From Octopus sinensis (Eukaryota): a stretch of DNA of 64,000 nt. Shown here piece by piece: positions 1-11,546 of the stretch. Below the pieces are notes generated by a model. The model saw nothing but the letters and a program-made list of their open reading frames with translations. It had not been told where the DNA came from and did not search any database. Within the stretch, counting starts at the first letter, position 1; every line of letters starts with the position of its first letter. The stretch covers positions 15,996,001 through 16,060,000 of the forward strand of contig NC_043012.1 of the NCBI RefSeq assembly GCF_006345805.1. Reading direction: 5' to 3'. The position numbers and the translations under genes were made by a program.

Positions 1-69
1 GTGGTCTTTTAGATCCCAAATTATGGGGTCAGGCGATGCTCTAGACCCATTGACCAATTCAGTTTCTAC

Positions 70-182
70 TTTTTCAAACGTGTGTTCTACTCACGAGATA
101 TAAACATGTGTTATATGCTGAAAAAAATTAATTAACTGAGAATATCTATGAGATAATGACTTTAGTTAAAAACCACCTCGAT
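70..182 (-). repeat. Inverted copy of the 1564-1676 repeat (DNA-transposon subterminal fragment)
   Basis: 70-182 is the near-exact reverse complement of 1564-1676 (atcgaggtggtttttaactaaagtcattatctcatagatattctcag...). Confidence 0.8.
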
Positions 183-1512
183 GGTGTGGAACGTATTCAT
201 GATTTCTTTGATTTTCTTCCCAATTCGGTTATGTAAAAAGATTGTGAAGCTAATTTTTCAGCGATTTTACTGCAAATACTGGCTGTTTCACCATTGTTAT
301 GATAAGGGTACCAAACGGTTATTAGAGCACTTATTTCATTTTTTATTCAGTGGCGTTTCAAAATTTATAAAGTGTAGTCTTTAAATTATTCGATTCGTGC
401 TCTAATTACTAACGGGAGTCGCTCTCTTTAATTTGTGTATGTATTCGAAAGTCCTTATCTTTTTTGTTTCATAAGGTTCAACCAATGTTTTATGTTCATA
501 AATTTTGATGATCAAATTAATTTTCCCCATTTCCTCGTTGATTATTCTACTTCATATATTCCACTGTACTCCATTATTACCGTTTATATTCAACTTTCTG
601 GAAGGAATAGTTGTCATTTTCTTTGATATATTGATAGAAGCAAATAGGATTTACACAAAATAATTTTGTTCCGCAGTGTAATAAATATATCAAATAAACC
701 AAGATTATTGTCTAACAAATTGGTAAATTGCAAGAATTAGATTAATCAAGATTGCAAGTTAAATGCATTTCTATCTTTCAATTAAGATTCAAGTGTTCCT
801 TTGGTATTGATAAAGGTCCAAACTGACTATTGGATCTTTCAGAAGAATTCTTAGCCTTATGCTCAAATTAAAAATCAGGCAGCATCAGTTCGCATTTTGA
901 AAACCATATTTGAAAACGTAATCTTGAGCCTTAGCATTTTTCTCCTACATTAAAATTCGATTTTCAGCTTCTTTTTGAAATTATAAAAGCCTACTTTTAT
1001 CCATTCCCAATGTTAGAAAAATAATTTTTTGTTTACATAAACGACAACTTGAATAAGATTAGGATCGTACTAAGCTCCCCTATTTTCTTGTCAAAGTGTC
1101 GGCTAAGATTAATTCACAATTCTTTTGATTTTAGCATTTTCTTTCTTTCTTTATATCTGTCTAAATACATAAATCTATATTGAGTCATATTGCATATTAT
1201 GATAATTCAAAATATAGTTTTTACATTCTAAGAAGTTAACTCAACTCTGTATCTGTCATCTTGAAGTAACTTTTTAAAAAATGTATATATTAAGCGTTAT
1301 GATTATGTTGTCATGATAAAAGCACATACTGTTTTTCAGAAAAACACGAACCACGAATCGAAGTGTACAATTCTACGTAATATAAAACGTAGCAATGGTT
1401 TAAGGTGATAAGTATTTCTAGAACGGTAGATAAATATAAACATAAATACTTGTTCGATAAACTAATATATGCTACCACTTCCCTCTGTGCTCTCTCCAAC
1501 CTCCCATAAAGA

Positions 1513-1676
1513 TACACAGGGTCATCCCACTAGAGTTGTACTTTGGATTGCAAGCTTACAAAAATCGAGGTGGTTTTTAACTAAAGTCATTATCTCATAG
1601 ATATTCTCAGTTAATTAATTTTTTTCAGCATATAACATATGTTTATATCTCGTGAGTAGAACACACGTTTGAAAAA
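1513..1676 (+). mobile_element. Probable Tc1/mariner-type non-autonomous element end
   Basis: Starts TA-CACAGGGTCATCC, resembling Tc1/mariner TA|CAGGG termini; shares 113 bp with 70-182. Confidence 0.45.
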
Positions 1677-1889
1677 TTAGTCATATTGTTGTTCTTCACG
1701 ATCAGCATCACTGCATTCTCTCCCTCAAACCCTCTTCTTCCGATTATCTCCCCTTTTCTGTCTCTCTGCCTGGCCTCTCTCTCTCTCTCTCTCTCTCTAT
1801 CACTTCTTCTCTCTTTCTTTCTCTCTATCTTTATATATACAAGGTGGGAAAGAGAGGACTTTTTTTTTTTAAATTTCACAAAATCATTA

Positions 1890-3075
1890 ATTTTAGCTGC
1901 AATGTGTTCATATTGAATTGGAATTTGTCAGATTCATTTCTGAAGGTGTGCTTAAAAGTGGACATCCACTTATTCCAGTATTGCTCTGTCGATTTGGGCG
2001 ACTTCCACGCAACTAGCGTCCTTCAAATTGTACAATGGACGGGTTTTATGCACATACACCCATGCCTTCAGGTTTCCTCACAAGAAATAATCACACACGG
2101 ACAAATCAGGTGACTGGGGGAGCCAAGGAATGTCAGCAAACCTGGAAATGAGACGGTCACCGAAGAGCGTTCACTGATGCTCTGGGTGTGTGGACCGTCA
2201 CCTCATCCTGCTGAAGCCACACACGTTGAATAGGCATACATTTTCGTCGTAATTCAAGCACAAAGAAATTGTTTATCATCTCGATATAACGCTCAGAGTT
2301 CAAAGTAACAGCATTTCCATTATTGTCTTCAAAAAAGTAAGTACCAATGACGGCAGCTTTTCCAGCAGCACACCAGACCGTCACTTTTAGGCTGGGCAGT
2401 GGTCTTTCGTGCAGTTCTCTCGGAGTTTAAAGAGACCAATAACGACGGTTCTGTTCATTCATCATGACACTGAGATGAAAATGAGCTTTTTCCCTCATTA
2501 ACAAAATGAGGTTATTTGTCTCAAAAATTCCTTCCATTTAACACATTGTGCATAATCCCATGGTTTCAAATGTTGCCAATGACCCATTTGTATGGGTGGA
2601 AATGCAGGTCTTCATGAAAAATATGCCTTACCGATAGATTACCAATGCCAAGTTCAGTGAAATGCCTCCGAGAAATTCGGACTCTGTATCAAAGATTGTC
2701 TGACGAGTTCCACATTTCCCGGGGTTCGCATCGTTCGTGCGGCCACCATCGGTCTCTTATTCATTAGTGTACCTCGTGTACGAAGTGCATTCACCCAACA
2801 TGAGATTGTGTTACGGGTAGGAACAGCCTGATTTCGGTGTATGTTGAAGTAGCGCCGAAACTCACGCTGAATTGCTGAGACAGACTTCTTAATCCTCACG
2901 TAACTGTTGTAGGCAAACACGTGATGCTCCATCGTTCACAGCGCTATGACGTTATCTGAAAAGAAAAAAATGCTATGATAGCACGGACCGAATGGTACCT
3001 GTCGGACTTATATCCCTCCTCCTGGGGCTGAGTAATAGCCATTTCAAAAACGTTCGTCCTCTCTGGTCCACTCTG
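1890..3075 (-). mobile_element. Degenerate Tc1/mariner transposon (rosa/DD41D-like transposase pseudogene)
   Basis: Terminus TA|CAGAGTGGACC at 3075. Minus-strand peptides: N-terminal HTH (EHHVFAYNSYVRIKKSVSAIQREFRR), VWCAAGKAAVIGTYFFED, WLQQDEVTVHT, PWLPQSPDLSVCDYFL. Stops and a small deletion; D-D spacing is inferred. Confidence 0.85.
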
Positions 3076-3240
3076 TATATGTACTGATCCCTATAAGCCT
3101 TGCCAACCGAATGGCCGAGGAATTCTAATAGGGGCAAAACAGGAACAATTATTTCAGCAGTTGGCCTAAAGACAATATATCCTGCATTGTCAATATTTTC
3201 CAAATATTTCAGTTCAGAAGTTTTTTTAAATCAGAAATTT

Positions 3241-3318
3241 CTCAGCTCCAGGAGAAGGGATATAAGTCCGACAGGTACCATTCGGTCCGTGCTATCATAG
3301 CATTTGTTTTTCAGATAA
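3241..3318 (+). repeat. Inverted duplicate of the mariner 5' subterminal sequence (2952-3032)
   Basis: ctcagctccaggagaagggatataagtccgacaggtaccattcggtccgtgctatcatagcat is the reverse complement of 2970-3032. Confidence 0.85.
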
Positions 3319-4225
3319 ATATTTTTTTACACTTGATCATAGAATTAAAACTCACTACCTATAAATTGCATGGATAGACTCGATTAACCTAAGTTTTTCA
3401 ACTCACTATATTACGTGTGAAAGAGACCCTACTATATCCTAATTTATTATGTAGATTGCTCCACTGTGGTATTTCCTTTGAGCTATATTATTCATATTTT
3501 CGTTACGGGTATCGATGATATATCGGTATATGATGAATAAATTGCAGTAGGTTCTCTCACTGCATCTTCTGTACGTAAGCCATAATAAAGAAACTGATAT
3601 TGCTTGTACATTTGATTAATGATGCGATCAATGCTATTAGAACGTACAGAAGATATTCAATGTAATGGGTCAAACATGTTATACAAATGAACCATACTTA
3701 TCTTACTGACTGCCGACTTATTAACGGTGTCATTGTAAGTTAGGGAAAAGCATTACAACCACAATAAGATGTTCATTAAAATGAAAAGGTCGTCAAATTT
3801 AGTAACCAGTATCCCGAATTACTGAAGAAAATTATATCAAACCTGGTAGGAAATAACGAACACAGGAAGAGAACATTTTGTAACATGGTTTCTTGCACGC
3901 CTAAAGTATACACACCTTAGACACATTACCATACTTTAACATTTGTGGCGAATTCAAAGTTGTAGAGATGCATATACACAAACCACGCTCGTATATATAT
4001 CCTTTCGATTTTGCTTTTAGGAGGAGCGTTTTGACAACTATTTTTATTATTATTATTTGTCAAAATGTTAACTAACTAACCAATTAAATAATCGAATGTT
4101 TGTCTGAGGCTTCCATGAATTAATCTATTGGCTGATCTATCGTCAACATTCGTAACGTCGTTTACATATAACGCACTGTCATTACTGCAGGCCAGTCACG
4201 CTGTTTGCAATTGATCGATTATGTA

Positions 4226-4269
<44 letters not shown>

Positions 4270-4330
4270 CACTACTACTACTACTAATAATAATAATAAT
4301 AATAACAATAATAACAACGATGACAATAAT
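4226..4330. repeat. (TAC)n/(TAA)n/(AAC) compound microsatellite
   Basis: Direct reading. Confidence 0.95.
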
Positions 4331-4910
4331 AATGGTGATAGAGCCATTGTATGTGATGTCATTTGCATCATAACCTCAACAAACAACACCCACACATATT
4401 TACGAAGTTTTGTGTATGCATGCGTACGTATTTGTGTTCGTATATGTATACATGTGTGTGTATGCATGTATGTTTGCATATATGTGCGTAATTCCGTGTG
4501 TGTGTGTGCGCGCGTGTGATCATATGACTTTTATCTCACAGACAGATTTTTATTTCAGTTACATTTTAGTAAATTTTAGTACATTTCACTAAATTCCAGT
4601 AACGATTTTGACATTTCCGATTGAGAAACTGACAGCAGATGTCTAACGATTTATCGTTCAAATCGAAATACAGCATATAATATTGTTTTAAATGCATTGA
4701 AATATTTCTAACTATTTAAAATACATTTTATTTCTATAGCTTTGATAATTCATGTTCAGAAAGTCTTTTTGTTTCTGACAATTTCAATTCTATGCCAAAA
4801 GTGCTTTTTTTTCATCCTTTGTTACGTTCAGCTTCTGTTTTGAATTTGCCTCTCGATTTAATATAATATTTCTAACTGTCTCTCTAACTTATTACTTCCA
4901 TAACAGTGAT

Positions 4911-5205
4911 GTGGAGGCAATGGCCTAGTGGTTAGAGCAGCGGACTCGCGGTCGAGGGATCGCAGGTTCGAATCTCACACCGGGCGATGTGTGTGTTTAT
5001 GAGCGAACACCTAAGCTCCATGTGGCTCCGGCAGAAGGTAATGGCGAACTTCTGCTGACTCTTTCACCACAACCTTCTCTCACTCTTTCCTCCTGCATCT
5101 TGCAGCTCACCTGCGACGGACCGGCGTCCCATCCAGGTGGGGAACCTATACGCCAAGGAAACCCGGAAACCGGCCCTTATAAGCCAGGCATGGCTCGAGA
5201 TGGAA
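4911..5205 (+). mobile_element. tRNA-derived SINE with V-domain-like body (family A)
   Basis: A box TGGCCTAGTGG, B box GGTTCGAATC, V-SINE-like ctgcgacggaccggcgtcccatccagg; 12-bp TSD CATAACAGTGAT at 4899-4910 and 5206-5217. Confidence 0.85.
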
Positions 5206-5574
5206 CATAACAGTGATGACAACAAAAATACAGTAATTAATATAGATTATAACAATATCGGTGTTATTTGGGGCGGAACAACTGTGCGTAGCTATACGTG
5301 CTTTGTCTGTTCTATGGCATTTAATCTTATTTGCCTCCGCGAGATTTTCATTTATATGTTTAGTAAACAAGATAATTCTCAATGATATATCAAATAAAAG
5401 ACAGTGTGTTTCCTAAATTGTGAAAAATTAACATATTAAAGATTCAGAATTCGAATCTGTGTGGGGCTTGTTCTTCGGTTTTAAATTTGCCTATAGCTAA
5501 AGCGGATTGCGTGGCTTCGAAATATAAGAAAAGTCGTACGGATATGAACGAGAGGTTGTGACAGAGAAAACAAT

Positions 5575-5950
5575 TACAAATTATGTGACTTTTCCTTAAA
5601 GACTGACCATACTACTGAAGCAGAATACCCAGGCATGATTATAGTCGACCAAAGAAACAAACAATGTAAGATCATAGACTTTGTAATACCACACAATAGG
5701 AGAGTGTATGCCAATAAAAATAGAAAAAAAATAGAAGAGGAACACGTTGAAAATTAGTCCGAGAGATGACGAAATTGGGGAAGACCTAAAATATTCTGGT
5801 GGTAATTGGTGCACTTGGCACAACATCCAAGCTGCTACCTAAACAACCGTAAGATACTGGAATTAAGTTTCACGTTGCCAAATCTACAGAAAAGAAAATT
5901 TGTATTAGTGCAAGAATCCTGAGAAAGATCTTTGTGATTTGGAGAAACAT
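5575..5950 (+). mobile_element. R4/Dong-like non-LTR retrotransposon 3' fragment (restriction-like endonuclease)
   Basis: Decayed peptide KTDHTTEAEYPGMIIVDQRNKQCKIIDFVIPH...VVIGALGTTSKLL...ARILRKI; homologous to the copies at 58.5-60.1 kb. Confidence 0.65.
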
Positions 5951-5964
5951 GTTAAAGCTCGAAC

Positions 5965-6124
5965 CCAGTACGGGACTGGTACTTATTTGTATCGATCGCG
6001 AAAGGAAGAAAAGCAAAGCCGATTCGGCGGATTTTGAACTCGGAACATGTAAAATTCAGACGAAATGCATTCAGACACTAAGCATTTCGTCCAGCACCGT
6101 AACAGTTCAGCCAGCTCACCGTCT
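5965..6124 (-). mobile_element. tRNA-derived CORE-like SINE (family B; octopus OR-like)
   Basis: Reverse complement reads ggtgagctggctgaactgttacggtgctggacgaaatgcttag...gttcaaaatccgccgaatcggctttgc...cgatacaaataagtaccag; same family as 8264, 20530, 41432, 50745. Confidence 0.75.
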
Positions 6125-6197
<73 letters not shown>

Positions 6198-6214
6198 GCT
6201 GCTGCTGCTGTTGC

Positions 6215-6588
6215 TGTTGAGCGAAGCGGTCTTCGTCCCAGAGCTCGCAAGATGGGGGAAGTCCGAAACGTGGTCCTTTGCTGTTCGTAAGACCCGCAGA
6301 AGAGAAAGCAGGTCAACCCCTGACACAGAGAGCATCGACGGATGGATGAATGTGCATCCAGGCTCAGCGGTTGCGTAGGAAGTCTGGGACAAGAAACAGG
6401 AAGAAAGAGTGAGAGAAAGTTGGGGCGAAAGAGTACAACAGGGGTCGCCACCACCCGCTGCCGGAGCCTCGTGGAGCTTTAGGTGTCTTTCGCTCAGTAA
6501 ACACACACAACGCCCGGTCTGGGAATCGAGACCGCGATCTTCCGACCGCGAGTCCGCTGCCCTAACCATTGGGCCATTGCGCCTCCAC
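6215..6588 (-). mobile_element. SINE family A head with an alternative 3' half
   Basis: First ~190 bp match 4911/49994 (gtggaggcgcaatggcccaatggttagggcagcggactcgcgg...); the remaining ~180 bp differ; (AAC/AGC/AGT)n tail. Confidence 0.8.
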
Positions 6589-6865
6589 TGCTGCTACTGC
6601 TTCTGCTGCTACTGCTTCTGCTGCAACTGCTTCTGCTGCAACTGCTTCTGCTGCAACTGCTTCTGCTGCAACTGCTTCTGCTGCAACTGCTTCTGCTGCA
6701 ACTGCTTCTGCTGCAACTGCTTCTGCTGCAACTGCTGCTGCTGCTGCCACTACAACTACTACTACTACTACTACTACTACTGCTGCTGCTGCTACTACTA
6801 CTACTACTACTACTTACTACTACTACTACTACTACTACTAATAATAATAATAATAATAATAACAA
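6589..6865. repeat. Compound repeat: 15-bp unit (actgcttctgctgca)n plus (TAC)n/(TAA)n
   Basis: Direct reading; source of the spurious poly-Cys, poly-Ser and AEAVA ORFs. Confidence 0.9.
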
Positions 6866-6972
6866 TGATTCTTTCTACTAAAGGCACAAGGATGAAAGAC
6901 AAAGTACTTTAAAAGATATATACCGACAGAATTAATAAGTATAAAGTATATATATATATATGAAATTCAAGA

Positions 6973-7003
<31 letters not shown>

Positions 7004-7539
7004 CTGTTTTATATGCGTTTCCACATTTTTCATCCGATTTTGGCCAATAATTTTTTTAATGCCAAATTTACCCACCCAGGTCACTGCCGCATTACCGATG
7101 CCTAGAGAAACCCCCTTCAAGGAGAAAAATCGATAAAACTGAAGGGATTCCTACATTTTGCAAACAAACGCGAAAGTTGCACGCGAGAAAAGCTTTTACA
7201 GGGACTTCCGATTTTTATAATGTTGGTGTCAAAAGGACCGTTATTTTGCGACATTTCATACAAATATTTTGGCACTACCTTGGAGCCTTTGATTCTCAAG
7301 ACAATTGCGAAAAACTTTGAAAAAATCGATTTTCCACATTTTTGCAAAGTTACACGGTAGAAAACTATTTACTGGAAATTCTAATTCCTTTGGTTTTTAC
7401 GGCTAAAAAAACACCATGCAACAGCGGTTCTATCAAGTATCTGTTCTATGTCCAAAGGCAATCCCAGCGCAACAAAAAACAGTGAAAAACTGAAAAAGTC
7501 GATTTTTTTCAAGTTTTGCATCTTGAGAACGGCTAGGTT

Positions 7540-7770
7540 CCATCATATTATATTTGGAAAAAAATCACGCATTTGGGAATCAAGGAAACAAGAACAACCT
7601 GTCGAAGGACAGTCAAACATAAATCTTCCCCGAACCCTTGGATGAGTTTACGCAGTTCGCCCTAACCAACAGAAATGTTTTTCCCTTCGCCAATTGCTGC
7701 ATGAGGACACGGGATTGACATCTTTCGACGACCTGAAAAGCTTCAACGGTGAAGGTTTTGATACATACAA
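7540..7770 (+). mobile_element. Helitron RepHel coding remnant (probably within a larger Helitron-derived block, ~6970-8200)
   Basis: One frame: HIIFGKKSRIWESRKQEQPVEG...TLG*VYAVRPNQQKCFSLRQLLHEDTGLTSFDDLKSFNGEGFDTY, matching the conserved GR.Y.V.P...E.F.LR.LL....GPTSF.DL segment of Helitron RepHel. Confidence 0.75.
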
Positions 7771-8263
7771 CAATTTCAACAACGGACACTCTCGGAGAGA
7801 AAGCCTTCAACATGAAACAAAACCGTGGTCAAAAATGACTAAACTCAGAACTCAAACAAACGATTTGTTAGTCTGCAACACCAACGTCCTCTCAACGATT
7901 AGACAGCGATGGTTTTTAAAATGAGAATATCCGAAATAAACTCGACCTACTCTCACAAACGAGAATACTAAAAATGAACATGATTGCTCTCAAAAATTAA
8001 GTAAAAGAGCAGGAAAAAAAAATCCATAATCCAATCCTTATCCAGTACCGTATCGATCCCAAAATCTAATCAGTTCGTTCCAGTGACGAGGTCAAACAGC
8101 CCTGAAGGTTTCATCTGAATTCATCCAGCGGACAAACAACCACTCAAACAAACTCGACTGAAAAAAATACCTGCGCGTTCGCTAAGGCGAAGGTAATAAG
8201 TGACATAAGCTTATGCAGTATCTCAACTATACTTAAGTGAAAGCGATATGTAAGATAGTTTGT

Positions 8264-8480
8264 AAGGTGGCGAGCTGGCAGAATTGTTTGCATGCCGGGC
8301 AAAAGGCATAGCAGCATTTCGTCCGTCTTTACGTTATGGGTTCAAATTCCGTCGAGGTCGTTACATTTCATCCCTTTCGTGGTCGAGGAAATAAGTTCTA
8401 ACTGATCGCTGGTGTTGATGCAATCGTCTTATCCCCCCCCCCACCGAAATTTTGGGCTTTGAGCCAAAATTTGAAACCAT
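8264..8480 (+). mobile_element. SINE family B
   Basis: ggtggcgagctggcagaattgtttgcatgccgggc...ggttcaaattccgtcgagg...ccaaaatttgaaacc. Confidence 0.8.
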
Positions 8481-8661
8481 GTTAGAGAGTTATACAGAGG
8501 AGTTCATCTTTCTCCATTTAGATTTAAGGCAAATTCGAAAGATCTTAAAGATTTTATGAAGATAGAAATGTGAATGCTTCGTGGTGTTAATAATAGTGTT
8601 GGGATAAGTGATAGAATTTGTATACATGTTTTGAAACATAACTAACAAGGAGCACTTTGGC

Positions 8662-8662
<1 letters not shown>

Positions 8663-8746
<84 letters not shown>
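8663..8746. repeat. (TATC)n microsatellite, 5' flank of Tx1 element 1
   Basis: Direct reading. Confidence 0.95.
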
Positions 8747-8945
8747 GACTGACGTGTTGTCACATCGGCTCCGAAGGTAATCGTTTATTTTCACTATTTA
8801 TAGCCCACATTTTGTGTACATTTTTGTAAATACGGTGTATAAAGCACCCAACTTTCGTTTGAGTGCTTTTCCAAGGGAGGAATTCGCCCCTAGGGGCAGT
8901 TTCAACCCTAATTAAATTGTATATTTTTCTTCTCGACATTAAAAA

Positions 8946-11480
8946 ATGCTGAGAAATTTTATTGTCGAACGCTGGTCAAATTCCTTCATGGACCAGCATT
9001 TCGCTAGCCTTGAAACACTAGGAGAAAAAAAGAACACCTGCACGCACACACATTCGAATAGAAAAGACATGACCAGCAAGACATCAAAGACAAACCTGAG
9101 TGACGTGGAAGTGAACGCTGCAACCATTTTCGTTAACAGCCCTGTCACCACCACCACCACCAACGACAACAACAACGAGACTACCACTGCTACCACCACC
9201 ACCACCAACATAAATGATAAAAATGGAACTGACGCAAACACCATTAACAACAACAACAAGAATAACAACAACAAAAATGAAATAAATATTTTATCATCCA
9301 CTAGCAGTATCGCCCGGCGTTGCTCGGGTTTGTAAGGGAAATAACTATATAAGCATTTTTAGAGAGTTATAGCAAAAAAATGCATTAAAAATGGAATAAA
9401 AAATGATGATATTTTTTTTTTAAATCGTTGACTCAGTGTCTTCAAGCCATGAAGTCGTTTTTCTAAAAGAACGCTGGTCTCCTTGACAACGCATTACGAC
9501 GTTGATTTCCTTACACTCCCCTCCCCACAGATTCACGAGGGAGGGAAGAGGGGGGAGAAGCAAACAGGTGCAGGCGTGAGCGTGGACGCCAACTCCGCCG
9601 CCATCGACACACGAAAAAATGTGCATTAAAATGGAATAAAAAATGATGTTAAATTATTTTTAAAATCGTAGACTCATCGTAGACGCGCGCTAATACTCAG
9701 ACGGGCTCGATATGAATCACGACTATAAGATACCCGAATTTGGTTAAACTGCACCGCAAAATGTGGGAGTAGTTAGGAATCTAAATCGAAGGGGACAGAC
9801 ACTCACACAACTACAGTTTTATATATATAGATTAGCGAAAATAATTTTAACATAACAGAAACAGCAGTACCTGAAAAGCCACGTCCAAGAATATTTCGGA
9901 TACAACAACAACAAAAACACACAACGACAATAACTGCCAGAATAGAACAGTGAATTTCGCTGACACCCTGCGTCAGAAAAAAGAAATAATAAAATTTACA
10001 AATAAAGAGTTGATAGAAACGAGAGCACTCTTTTCAACCTCAGGGCAGGATTTAGTATTGCATACACCTCAACACATAAAGGAACAAGTAGGAAAGAAAA
10101 CGATTATTTATAAAATTATTAAAAAAAAAAAAAATAATGAACAGAAAACAAAAACGGACATAGAAAAGTGTGCAAAAAACATCATGAAAAAAAAGAATAT
10201 ATAAACTGGGGTCCCCAGATTAATACAATGGTGGTCCGCTTCCCTAACCAGGAAGTGGCAAAAGCTCACTCTACGGAGGCTTTACAAAATGATGAAATCA
10301 TCATGATTCCGTATTACAAAGGACAAAAAGTGAGCAAAATTAGAATTAAAAATGTCCAAACAGATATACCACCCAAATGGATAACATCGGCGATATGTTA
10401 CCATTTAAAAACGATAAATATATTAGAAATCGCCGTGTACAAAAATGACAATTGGGGTGGTAAATCGATAGATGTTACCTTCGAGATTGATGGGTCCTCT
10501 ATCGAGAACCTACCTGATTGGATTCATTTAGAAAATGGGGAAAGCCTATATGTTGTAGCAGAAGGCAAAATGCCAAGATGCTACAACTGTGGCAGCCCAG
10601 AACACTTAATTGCAAAGTGCGTTCTAGGACAGAAAAAACAACAAGAAAGAACAAATCAGAAAACAAATAAAAAACCCTTGTTACCAACACCAACACCAAC
10701 ACCAACACCACATTCAATTATGGAACAATGCCAAGAAAAACAACAAACCAGCAAACAAACCCCAACAACATCACCAAGATAAGAAACAGCACCAACACAA
10801 TTACCGTTGACGTCGCAACCAAGTAAAGATACTGAACCAACACCAAAAGATAGACCAACACCAGCACCAAGACGACAACTAAAAAGACAGAAAACAGTGA
10901 CGAGAAGACAAATTCTACCCCTAACACCACAACAACACAAACACCGCACAAAAGATCAACATTTTCTACAAACACACATATTAACGCAAATGCTTTGCCT
11001 TTACCCACTTATGATTCGTCGGACTCGTCGTCCAACGACGAAAGTTCGACGGAATGGCAAATAGCCACAGGGGGTAAAAGGAAAAGATCAAAAAAGCCCA
11101 CCAAACAAGTACGTAAAGCAGGGAGATATTTAACTCCGGACAGCATCCCCTTAGACAATAAAAAAATCAATGACCCCGTATAACCACACACACAACTAAC
11201 AGCAACAGACACAGACAATAAAAAACTAATGGATTACATTACATCCAACACGAACATCTGTGAAGATGACTTTAAGACAAATAATCATCCGCGCAATACA
11301 CCACCGAAACACATAAGAATTGTACACATAACATAAACACAACACCATACACTGAAAACCATATTTCCAAATGCGGTAGGGGGGTTTCAAACATACCTAT
11401 CAAAAATACTATTTAAACACATCCTCAAAGACACTACAAAAGAAGAAGAAAAAACTGAAACTTTCGAAATGAGTAAGTAA
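8946..11480 (+). pseudogene. Tx1 copy 1 ORF1 (gag-like zinc-knuckle protein), frameshifted and Helitron-interrupted
   Basis: Segments 8946-9300, 9832-10204 and 10168-10782 (KPRCYNCGSPEHLIAKC-type knuckle) align with ORF1 of copy 2 (VVRFPNQEVAKAHS...EIIMIPYYKGQK vs VVYFKNEHMAKTHS...EIILLPSYLGRK). Confidence 0.7.
9301..9831 (-). mobile_element. Non-autonomous Helitron (531 bp)
   Basis: Minus strand begins A|TCTATATATATAAAA and ends with hairpin CCCGagcaacgcCGGG followed by CTAG|T; inserted in A|T with no TSD. Removing it restores the ORF1 frame (tcc a|tt agc). Confidence 0.85.
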
Positions 11481-11546
11481 CCTTCCCTCTTGCCTCTTGT
11501 CTCTTCCAATGTAGCGTGTGAAACACAAATTTCTTAAACGTCAATT

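Noticed and set aside
190-1130. Possible Gypsy integrase remnant
   Set aside because: Only vague motif resemblance, on inconsistent strands; needs BLASTX.
4911-4990. tRNA genes at SINE heads (also 6510-6588, 49994, 56640-56705)
   Set aside because: They have A/B boxes but no complete cloverleaf, and continue into SINE bodies, two with TSDs.
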